This document shows positions 39,630 through 48,265 of a stretch of DNA of 64,000 nucleotides, piece after piece. The notes under the pieces are model-generated. The model ran no database searches. It was not told where the DNA came from and worked only from the letters and a program-made list of their open reading frames with translations. A program made the translations under genes and the position numbers. How positions within the stretch are numbered: the first letter of the stretch is position 1; each line of letters begins with the position of its first letter. Origin of the DNA: Nitrososphaeria archaeon. Its GTDB lineage: Archaea; Thermoproteota; Nitrososphaeria; JACIWG01. The stretch lies in NCBI GenBank assembly GCA_963752255.1, contig CAVVXT010000012.1:160001-224000 (forward strand), written 5' to 3'.

Positions 39630-40322
39630 TTGATGAACAGAAAAGAACTTGTTACGATGCCTAAGCTTCAGATCGCACTCGATCTTCTTGCTATAGACCG
39701 CGCGATAGAGATTTCTTACAAAGTTGAAAACTTCGGAGTGGACATATTGGAGGCTGGTACACCGCTGATTAAATCCGCAGGAATAAGAGTAGTAAGGGAA
39801 CTTAAGGGAAGATTTCCTAAAAAGATTGTACTCGCTGATCTGAAAACTTTAGATGTTGGAAGAATTGAAGTGCGTATGGCAGCTGAAGCAGGAGCTGACA
39901 TAGTATCAATTTCAGCTTTAGCGCCGGATGAGGTTATTACAGAAGCTCTAGCAGAAGCAGAAGAAAAAAAGGTGCTGTTGGAAGCAGATCTCTTGGGGGT
40001 GAAAGATCAATTAAATAGAACATTTGAGTTAAAAAAGCTTGGAGTTAACATTATCTGCGTTCACACAGCAATAGACCAGGAAAAAAGCGGTGTCAAATTT
40101 GAAGACAGACTCAACATGGTTAAATGCATAGCTCAAGAAAGAGATCTCGTTATTTCTGCAGCTGGAGGACTAAACATTGGAAATGTCGGGCAGATGGTTG
40201 AAGCTGGCGCAAATATAATCGTCGTTGGGAGAGCTATAACAAATTTGGCTGAACCGAGTTTAGTCGCTCGCCAATTTAAAAACGAAATTATAAAATTTAT
40301 CAACAGAGGACAGCTAAAATAG
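39630..40322 (+). CDS. hxlA: 3-hexulose-6-phosphate synthase (HUMPS/OMPDC family)
   Basis: LQIALD, EAGTPLIK, ADLKTLD, HTAID, AAGGL, VVGRAI. Confidence 0.8.
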   Translation: MMNRKELVTMPKLQIALDLLAIDRAIEISYKVENFGVDILEAGTPLIKSAGIRVVRELKGRFPKKIVLADLKTLDVGRIEVRMAAEAGADIVSISALAPDEVITEALAEAEEKKVLLEADLLGVKDQLNRTFELKKLGVNIICVHTAIDQEKSGVKFEDRLNMVKCIAQERDLVISAAGGLNIGNVGQMVEAGANIIVVGRAITNLAEPSLVARQFKNEIIKFINRGQLK

Positions 40323-40384
40323 TATGGCCACAGCTCAGACCATTATATTATATCTTTTATCATGAAAAAAATGAAAAATGTTAT

Positions 40385-41062
40385 ATGTTACTTAATATAA
40401 GTAGACTTGACATGTACGAAGGAGAATCCGAACTTAGAGCAAAAAGGAAGACCTTGTCTCTGCTAACAGATGAGTCAAGAAAGGTTGTTGAAGGAGTAAG
40501 AATAATTTTAAATACGTACAACCAGATTTTAAAGGAAGATAAGGAGGGAATAAACGCAAGCATCGAAGAGGCGAAGAAAGTAGAAGACGATGTTGAGAGA
40601 TACAGAAGAAGCCTAATCAAAGAGCTGATGAGCATGGGCAATATTGTGATGAACAGGGAAGACGTTCTCCGTGCAGCATATTCTATAGAAGAAATTGTTA
40701 ATTACATTTATTCTATAACATTCCGATTAGCACAGATTGATCCTAAGATTTTCAAACGAGTCGTCGCAAAGGAAGTCGAAGAGCTCATTCTCATGGCCGC
40801 AGATATAGTGCAGAAGATGAGCGAGGTCGTGAGGATGTTGACAATAAATCAGCTGAAGGTTCCAGATATTGCAATAGAGGTCGAAAATATAGAAAAAGAG
40901 ATAGACATCAAATATAGGACATTAAGCATGAGATTACCTCCTACAATTTTAAATGCACCCGGGGGATTTCTTATTTTGGACCTTTTGGATCGAATAGAGA
41001 ACCTTGCAGACGCTTGTTTGAAAGCAACCGATGCAGTAACCATTCTCGCTCTTGGGATATAG
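40385..41062 (+). CDS. DUF47 / PhoU-like putative phosphate transport regulator
   Basis: Duplicated E-xxx-D helices (VEDDVE, REDVL, IEKEIDIKYR, IENLAD). Confidence 0.82.
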   Translation: MLLNISRLDMYEGESELRAKRKTLSLLTDESRKVVEGVRIILNTYNQILKEDKEGINASIEEAKKVEDDVERYRRSLIKELMSMGNIVMNREDVLRAAYSIEEIVNYIYSITFRLAQIDPKIFKRVVAKEVEELILMAADIVQKMSEVVRMLTINQLKVPDIAIEVENIEKEIDIKYRTLSMRLPPTILNAPGGFLILDLLDRIENLADACLKATDAVTILALGI

Positions 41063-41074
41063 GAGCATGAAATA

Positions 41075-41623
41075 ATGGACGCTTTCACTGGAAGTCTTTT
41101 AGGAAACAGAATAATGATCAGCAACTTAGAGGAGTCTCATGAACTTTACAGGATAGGGTTTTTCGGAAAACCTCTTGGTGTACATAAGCCAAAGAATGGG
41201 GAGTTTAACACACCTATAGTCTTAGATGTTATAGAAGGATTATATCTCGTTGAGAGAAAAATGCTTAGAGTGCTTAATGAAAATGGTTCAGAAATATCTT
41301 CGGAAGAACTTTTGAAGATCTGTAGGAAAGATTATGTTAATTTTGATATGAAATATATTGTTTACAAAGATCTAAGAGATAAGAAACATATAGCTTTACC
41401 GGGAATAAAATTCGGATGCGATTTCGCTGTGTACGAACATGGACCAGGAATCGATCATGCACCGTACTTGGTGCAGGTAATAGGTGAAAAAGATAAACTC
41501 TCAGCAACGTCGGTTGTCCTATCTGGACGGCTAGCTACGACAGTTAGGAAACAATTCATTATGGCAATAGTAGGTCACGATGGTGACCCAAAGTATTTGA
41601 CGTTAGAATGGTGGAAATCTTAG
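41075..41623 (+). CDS. endA: tRNA splicing endonuclease (catalytic subunit)
   Basis: IEGLYL, VYKDLRDK, GIKFGCDFAVY..GPGIDHAPYLV, GRLATTVRK (Tyr-His-Lys triad). Confidence 0.94.
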   Translation: MDAFTGSLLGNRIMISNLEESHELYRIGFFGKPLGVHKPKNGEFNTPIVLDVIEGLYLVERKMLRVLNENGSEISSEELLKICRKDYVNFDMKYIVYKDLRDKKHIALPGIKFGCDFAVYEHGPGIDHAPYLVQVIGEKDKLSATSVVLSGRLATTVRKQFIMAIVGHDGDPKYLTLEWWKS

Positions 41624-41676
41624 ATCATTTTAGAAAACTTTTAATCTGACATCTACGGTGGTACCGTAAGTAGTGA

Positions 41677-41979
41677 GTGACTATGGCAGAGAGTGATACG
41701 GCCAAACCCTGCACGTCAAGATGTGAATTCTTCCGATGCGGCCGAAAAATGTTGGTTTTTCGTGAAGGTAGACCATGGTGTAGCTTTGTAAACGAGCCTT
41801 GCACGCCTGAGATGTGTGCTTACGTTACCTGTCTAAGAGCGAAGCTTATCACAGGAAATAGATGCGGACTTACTCTAAGGAGAATTACCGTTGAAAAAAT
41901 GACTCCAAACGACTTTAAACCCAACGTCAAGCTGAAGAACAAGGACCTCCAGAAATTTGGCAGCGAAGACGTAGTATAG
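41677..41979 (+). CDS. Cysteine-rich hypothetical protein
   Basis: Eight Cys within about 55 aa, basic C-terminus. Confidence 0.75.
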   Translation: MTMAESDTAKPCTSRCEFFRCGRKMLVFREGRPWCSFVNEPCTPEMCAYVTCLRAKLITGNRCGLTLRRITVEKMTPNDFKPNVKLKNKDLQKFGSEDVV

Positions 41980-42076
41980 TTCTGATATGACACAGTTTTC
42001 TAGTTTAGATTAGCTTGATGATTCTATTTTCATCGTCTTAATATGAAGTAAGGAAATCTATAAGTGAAAACCATAA

Positions 42077-43020
42077 TTACTGATTTATAATATCGATGGA
42101 ACCATAGACCTCCTTGAAGAGAAGTAATATCGCTTGAGGTGGAAAAACGCCATATTCTGTAACGATTAAGTCGATATATTCCGGAGGAGTGATGTCGAAG
42201 GCCGGATTAGCTATCTTAACACATTCGTTCATTGCATACCAATCCTTGGTGACAACCTCTTCATGTGGCCGTTCTTCTATCGGTATAAGTTCACCGAAAA
42301 AAGTTCTGGGACTTATCTTATAACTTTCAGCTGCCACAATAAATCTGCTCCTAGACTCTTTTGCGGCAAGAGCCAACATAGAAGTTCCTATCTTGTTTAC
42401 GATAGCTCCGTTCACCGATATGGCATCAGCGCCAACGACAACTACGTTAACCCTATTCATATAGAATCTTGCAGCAGAGTCGATGATCAGCGTCACATCA
42501 ATACCCTCTTTAGCAAGTTCCTAGAAGTAAGCAACCCCTGCATTTTTGGTCTTGTTTCAGTGCAGAAAACCTTAATATTTTTCTTTTGCTTGAATGCCGC
42601 TAATATGATGGCGATTGCGGATTCACTGTTGCAGTGTGTTAGAACTATATCGCCATCCTGGATACGGTTTGATCCTATTTGACCAATTCTTTCTATAGCT
42701 GACTCGCTTCTCGTTATAAACTTTTCACAGTATTTCTTTAACGAGTCCTTTAAAACAGTAACATCAACTGTGCACTGGCATTCTTTGTCAAGATTTGTTA
42801 AAACATAATTTACGGCGTTTGGCAGAGATACAGCTGTAGGTCTTGCATTTTTAAGGAATTCCCCTGCTTCTTTCACCTTATTGACGAATTCTGTCCTAGA
42901 TTTAACGTCCAAAGCTGTACCGAAATCCTCGAGAGCCTTAACGGATGCTCTAGCTATGCGGCCAGCCCCCCTAATACGCATTTTCTTAATATCCTCAAAT
43001 GTGCTTTCTATAGTTTGCAA
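42077..43020 (-). CDS. Ribose-1,5-bisphosphate isomerase (eIF-2B-like family), frameshift near 42518
   Basis: MRIRGAGRIA, ARPTAVSL.NA, THCNS, ETRP..QG, IIDSAAR, GADAI, NKIGT, NPAFDITP. Confidence 0.9.
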
Positions 43021-43061
43021 ATTGACAGATAATAAAACGAGGTTAGTAAAAAGTATTTTGA

Positions 43062-43099
43062 ATAAAAAAATATGAACCTGAAGGATTTCTCCTCAGGTT
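43062..43099 (-). terminator. Hairpin plus T tract after the TRAM gene
   Basis: AACCTG-A-AGGA/TCCT-CAGGTT stem at 43075-43099, then T7 on the minus strand. Confidence 0.55.
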
Positions 43100-43119
43100 T
43101 CTTTCTAAAAAATTTTCTT

Positions 43120-43398
43120 TTATTGTACTACTTCGCCCAATGCGTGACTAGGAAGTACCTGTGTTATCTTCGCTTTCACAGTATCGCCCTTGTTCGTATG
43201 GGGCACAAAGATGACGTATCCTTGAAGTCTTGCTAAACCGTCTCCCCTTCTACTGATTTCGCTGATCGTTATATCAACTACGTCTCCGACTTTCACTGGT
43301 TTTTCTTTGAAGTAAGATGAAGGAAACTTTCCAGGCCGTCTCTCACGCATTTCTGAGCCTTCTTCCTCTGCCAAGTTATTTCTTTGCCTCGTCCCCAC
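43120..43398 (-). CDS. Single TRAM-domain RNA-binding protein
   Basis: KPVKVGD..I...SRRGDGLAR.QGYVIFVP...GDTVK.KI. Confidence 0.92.
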   Translation of the reverse strand: MGTRQRNNLAEEEGSEMRERRPGKFPSSYFKEKPVKVGDVVDITISEISRRGDGLARLQGYVIFVPHTNKGDTVKAKITQVLPSHALGEVVQ

Positions 43399-43498
43399 AT
43401 GTTTACGTTAACTATTTAAATGTTAGCAGCTTTTTGAAATTATTACTTTGATGGTTTAGTAACAGTGTTTTAAAAGGACCAATGTGTAGTCTGCAACG

Positions 43499-44281
43499 AT
43501 GTCGGACAACATCATCAAAGAAGGGGACAACATACTTTTGTATACATCAAAGGGAAAGACTTGGTTGGTTAAAGCAGAAATTGGCTCAAAAGTGCACACC
43601 CACCTCGGTATTATAGAACTATCAAAGGTGGTAGGAAGGGAGTTTGGGGAAGTTTTTGAGACAACCTTAGGCGCAAAGGTCGTAGTACTCAAACCCTACC
43701 TCGTAGACTATCTCATGAAAAGTGCAAGGAATACACAGATAGTCTATCCTAAGGATATTGGTTTCATAATAATGGAGACAGGTCTCTGTCCTGGTTCAAT
43801 TGTTATAGAAGCTGGAACCGGAAGCGGAGTACTTACAACAGCATTTGCAAGCCATATAAAACCTGACGGCCACATATACACTTATGAGATTAGGCCTGAA
43901 TTTATTGAGATAGCGGAAAAGAATCTGATTAAAGCAGGTGTCAGAGATTATGTGACCATAAAGAACAAAGATGCCTCACTCGCATTTGATGAAAAAAATG
44001 TCGATATAGCAGTAATAGACGTCGGAGACCCCTGGAAACTCGCTAAGCCTGCACACGATTCCCTAAAAGGCGGAGGAGCAATAGCGGCTATTTTACCCAC
44101 TATGAACCAGGCAGAAAAACTTGCGTCGGAGCTTCATAGTTTAGAATTTATAAATGTCCATACCGTTGAATTGTTGCTTAGAAACTTGGAGGCCAGAGAG
44201 GGAATGACAAGGCCTTCTACAAGAATGATAGCCCATACAGCGTATCTGATGTTCGCGCGAAAAGCGATATTCAGCAGGTGA
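43499..44281 (+). CDS. trmI: tRNA (adenine57/58-N1)-methyltransferase
   Basis: HTHLG, TQIVYPKD, EAGTGSG, YEIR, DPW, RP..RMIAHTAYL. Confidence 0.94.
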   Translation: MSDNIIKEGDNILLYTSKGKTWLVKAEIGSKVHTHLGIIELSKVVGREFGEVFETTLGAKVVVLKPYLVDYLMKSARNTQIVYPKDIGFIIMETGLCPGSIVIEAGTGSGVLTTAFASHIKPDGHIYTYEIRPEFIEIAEKNLIKAGVRDYVTIKNKDASLAFDEKNVDIAVIDVGDPWKLAKPAHDSLKGGGAIAAILPTMNQAEKLASELHSLEFINVHTVELLLRNLEAREGMTRPSTRMIAHTAYLMFARKAIFSR

Positions 44282-44453
44282 TTCTTCCCAAATTCTTTTA
44301 CTCAGCTTTTCTTTTTTCTGGATTTAACTTTTCCTATGTCTCAATAATGTATTTAAAACTATGTTATCTGTGTCTACCCTACGCTCAATTTCATTAGGTA
44401 AAAAGGATGGATTTCAAACTGAGTGTGGATAAATAAAGGTTAAAACATCCATT

Positions 44454-45122
44454 ATGCGAATGTTTGATGAGGGAAAAATGTCCAAGGAACGGTTGCAAAA
44501 CTTGTACATAATACTGTACGCAGTACCTTTCATCGCTGGAATCGTCGGGTGGATCTACTACTACCTTACTCTGGATGCAGCTGATAAAAACCTATACAAT
44601 GTTTTTTTAATGGTCTCTAAAGATCCAACCTTTTTCCTGACAGGATTATTTGGAATAGTGTTTGCTACACTCGTGGATGCCAAATCATCGGGTGAAAGAA
44701 TTGAAAATATTATTGAAAAAATTGAAAAGATTGCGTTGGCTCTGATAATAATCGAGATGCTCGAAGCCGTATTTGTTGCCAACTTCGACCTTTCAAGATT
44801 TTTTCTGCTAATTATCGGCGGAAAATATGCCATAATATTGCCCTTAATGCTGATTACCTATTCTTACCTGATCCCCTTGGGAAATATGCGCCTATCTCTA
44901 CCTAGTATTACATCAGCTATGATGATTTTGGCAATAATTCTTATGATTTCGGCTCCGGCATACGATTTTTATGCATACGTTACTAAAGGAGTTGTTAACA
45001 GATATGACGAATTTGTTGTAATCTTTTTCATCGGATTGATACTTCTCATTGTTTCTAACTCTTCTTTAAAAGGTAAGCTGAGTCAAAGTAAAGAGAGAGT
45101 CAGAGTAAAGAAAAAACCTTAA
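44454..45122 (+). CDS. Hypothetical membrane protein
   Basis: About 6 hydrophobic segments and a basic C-terminal tail. Confidence 0.7.
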   Translation: MRMFDEGKMSKERLQNLYIILYAVPFIAGIVGWIYYYLTLDAADKNLYNVFLMVSKDPTFFLTGLFGIVFATLVDAKSSGERIENIIEKIEKIALALIIIEMLEAVFVANFDLSRFFLLIIGGKYAIILPLMLITYSYLIPLGNMRLSLPSITSAMMILAIILMISAPAYDFYAYVTKGVVNRYDEFVVIFFIGLILLIVSNSSLKGKLSQSKERVRVKKKP

Positions 45123-45171
45123 CATCGGCATATTTGTTGATATTTCGAACTTGATTTTTATTCTAACACCG

Positions 45172-45273
45172 TTTTTAACAGAAGCTAACGATAAGTGGAA
45201 TTGCACGGGACTCAGGTTTTTCTGAACGTTTCCTAAAAAAGTTGCAGCTAGAGTCTAAATCTTCTGTTAAAAA
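45172..45273. repeat. 102-bp element bounded by perfect 13-bp inverted repeats
   Basis: TTTTTAACAGAAG (45172-45184) and CTTCTGTTAAAAA (45261-45273). Confidence 0.8.
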
Positions 45274-45500
45274 TAAGACATATCAGGTAGCACCCTTCAT
45301 GTTACCAGAAAAAGATTTAATTGCAGACAAATGTGTTTGTCCTTCAGGACAAATAGCTGCTAAGTATATGACAAAGAAGATAGAGGGAAATTTTCAAACA
45401 TATTAAATTCTTTTCTTTAGGATGAAGGAAGTGTTAGTCAGATAAACATGGAAGATCATTTTACAAATTACGATGAATTAATTAAAGTGAGGAGTAGATA

Positions 45501-45722
45501 ATGACAAAAGAGGACTACACTTACATAATAGTAACAAAGCAACTTCATAGCATATTAAAGTAGATGGCAAAAACAAATAATGCCAGCATCTCTAGGTTAA
45601 TAGAGCAATTTGTGCGTATTAATACAAGTATTAATATCGTTAATAGTACACTAGTCAATATTCCAAATAGCAATATATCTCAAAGTGGCAAAGCAGGCCC
45701 GGTGGGGTTAGCACATTATTAG
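45501..45722 (+). pseudogene. Small ribbon-helix-helix-like gene with an in-frame TAG
   Basis: SD GTGAGGAG; MTKEDYTYIIVTKQLHSILK*MAKTNNASISRLIEQFV fits the RHH strand-helix-helix pattern. Confidence 0.55.
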
Positions 45723-46024
45723 GTGCAGATACCAAATAAGGATATTGAGATTTTATGTAAACTTTTATTAAGTGTCAAATTTAAGAAAAATTAAGCCAAT
45801 AACGGCATGCTTGTATTCAGCAGCATCCATTGTTGTGATTGCCTAAACATGATGAAGTTCCCTAGTGATTCAGTTTCACTCATTTACCTCGATCCCCCAT
45901 TTTTGACAAATAGAAATTATGCTGTGATCTTAAGTAATTACAACAAGGAGGACTACTTCAGCGGGTAGTTTTGTGACCCATCTCAGAAAGACTTAACTAT
46001 TGCGCTACGACCTCATTTCCGAAG

Positions 46025-46186
46025 ATGCCCCATTACACGCTAGAAGAAGAGAAACTGAAGAAGCTATACGACCAAGCGCGCGCACAAGGAAATAAGAAGA
46101 AGAAAAAGGAATACAAGGAGAAGATAGCCGAACTGAACCGACTCCGCAAGTCCGAGAAGCAAGAAAGCAGTAAGTCGAAAAGCTAG
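46025..46186 (+). CDS. Small Lys/Glu-rich helical protein (53 aa, not in ORF track)
   Basis: MPHYTLEEEKLKKLYDQARAQGNKKKKKEYKEKIAELNRLRKSEKQESSKSKS; BRE/TATA-like GAAAG-ACTTAACTA about 30 nt upstream. Confidence 0.6.
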   Translation: MPHYTLEEEKLKKLYDQARAQGNKKKKKEYKEKIAELNRLRKSEKQESSKSKS

Positions 46187-47003
46187 GGTTTCCTATACTA
46201 TGCAGTCCGATTCAATCCGAAGTTAAATAGTTTAATATTTTCAAAATTCATATACGTCTTACTATTTACAATCACAATCACATTATATAGAAAATCAATC
46301 AAATAGCTTCATATAATTTTTGTAAGCATATCCTAAAATTCTTTATTTGAATTGGGTAATAGTATAACTATAACATTACAAATAATGCTATGTGTTTATT
46401 TTATTACGATAATCTACGATTAAGAAACTAAATTGTTCTTAGTTAACTCTGTATTCTCATGTTCTATAACGTCAGTCGCTATCTTATCCTTTGTTTCTGT
46501 CTTCTCACGGTCTATGATGTCGGTTGTAGTGGAAGGCACTTTGTATGTTTTCGAGGTCAAGTCGTCTCTGCACTCCTTCAGAGTTCGAGCTAAATGGTGT
46601 CTTCATATTCAAACCGGCTCTTGCCCGATTTAAATGATGTCCCATAATTACATAATAAAAAAAAATCCATATTATTTTTAAAAATGATGAATTCGTTTTA
46701 AATTCGAAATTTGTATTTGCCTTTTCTCAAGAATATGATAACTTCACGTACACTCTTGGAGAGACCTTTTCAAGTTACATTTATATCATTTTTACTAACA
46801 CTTTATTTCTATAGATGGCAACTATTGCAGATAATGATGTTAACTAAGGGATAATGGTAGGACATAGGTTATCATTCTAAAATAATGTATGATAATGATA
46901 AGATATGCTGCGCGATATTCTTAAGCCGATTAGTCGCTAAAAATCCCCAGAACATAACCCAGCATTTTCTAGAGAATTTAATCCACTATTCTACATCATT
47001 ATA

Positions 47004-47529
47004 TTACACACTATTAATGAAATCTGGAGGTACAAATTTCAATTCATCTTTATGTTCTGCGATGTATTTTTCGAATACTGTGAACATAGAGCGAAAAACC
47101 TTATTTTCACCTTCCGTAAAATCAAACATCCCAGTCACCTCCTTAAACAACTTTAACGAATTCAACAGATAGTAGAGCTTCTCGTAATCTCCATCCATCA
47201 GCAGCTTGTATATTATAGAAAGATCGATGGACTTTTGCTTGACATGCACGGTATCTAAAATAAGCTGAAGTGCAGCAACATTTCCTTGGGGACCCTCTTG
47301 TGATACAGGGACTGGCCCCTCTTCCCCTTGTAGAAACCATCTTTTGGGCAATAGGAATAGGTTTACCATTCCCAGCGTACGCGTTGAACTTGGCGAAATA
47401 GTATCCGACCGAGCTCTCCGGTATCCCAGTTATCAGCGCAGTTTCCTTAACGGTGTTCCCCAGCCTCCAATAACTGTAAAGCCGCTCGTTCCTTTCCAGG
47501 TTCACCTTAAACTTTGAACTTCTAATCAT
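47004..47529 (-). CDS. HTH-domain protein, probably one gene split by a frameshift
   Basis: 47143..47529 carries an HTH pattern (GNTVKETALITGIPESSVGYYF); the overlapping frame 47004..47369 supplies a plausible helical C-terminus. Confidence 0.55.
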
Positions 47530-47743
47530 TTTTAATCAATATATCTTATCGGATTACCATAAGATTAAAGTTTCCAAAAATGGTCTATTAAAATTGGACG
47601 ATGCCCCAGCACAATATTTTAGATCATAAAGCCTACTAAACAAAACTGGAAGCTTATGTAGCCCTTGAAAGCAAGAGCATAAACTGTGCACATAATTGAC
47701 ATTTATCTAAATAAATCTCTGGGAGGAAAGGACGTTCAAAGTT

Positions 47744-47827
47744 ATAGGGAAATCTGCATATAGAATCCATAGAGATATCTATATAGATTCCATGTGTAGA
47801 TATCCATAAATAGGTGCAGATATCTAT
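47744..47827. repeat. Array of about five quasi-palindromic 11-12 bp units, consensus ATAGATATC(C/T)AT
   Basis: ATAGAATCCAT 47760, AGAGATATCTAT 47771, ATAGATTCCAT 47783, GTAGATATCCAT 47796, GCAGATATCTAT 47816. Confidence 0.75.
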
Positions 47828-48110
47828 GGTCAATTGCATGTCTACGATAAAAAGAGGAAAGAAGGGTAAAGCAGCGCATTATCTCCCATCCTACTACCGA
47901 TACAATGATAGGAAACCTGGCATTTTTATCCGGCTTACAAAGGAGAAAAAGGAAGCATTAGACAAGTACAAGGGAACGATGAGCTATGGAGATGCGATTG
48001 GAACTCTGCTGGATAGTAAATTAAATAATGATGGGGAGAAATATAAAAAGCTCAAGACAGTACCCATTAGGAAAAATAGGCTGGACGAGCTGTTCCCAAA
48101 GAAGCTTTAA
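47814..48110 (+). CDS. Small basic DNA-binding protein, RHH/CopG-like (start likely 47838)
   Basis: PSYYRY..KPGIFIRLTKEKKEALDKYKGTMSYGDAIGTLL resembles RHH. Confidence 0.6.
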   Translation: MQISMVNCMSTIKRGKKGKAAHYLPSYYRYNDRKPGIFIRLTKEKKEALDKYKGTMSYGDAIGTLLDSKLNNDGEKYKKLKTVPIRKNRLDELFPKKL

Positions 48111-48265
48111 GTGATAATAAAGGCAGATAATAACTGAAGTAATATAGAACCATGTTCATACTGTTCTGGCGCCAGTCATACAATTGTCGTTCTATGCAGA
48201 AACTTAAGTAGTATACGGAATTATTATAACTTAGCTTTTTGAAAAATAAGATCAAATATATATTA

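Noticed and set aside
45849-45906. Box C/D sRNA starting at ATGATGA
   Set aside because: No properly spaced CTGA D/D' boxes or C' box
46433-47172. Plus-strand ORFs 46433..46633 and 46885..47172
   Set aside because: No motifs; the second overlaps the better-supported minus-strand HTH gene and the first may be the shadow of a decayed minus-strand fragment I cannot assign
45720-47822. 12-bp direct repeat TAGGTGCAGATA at 45720 and 47811 as attL/attR
   Set aside because: One 12-mer match in about 3 kb is not unlikely by chance, and it does not bound the whole island
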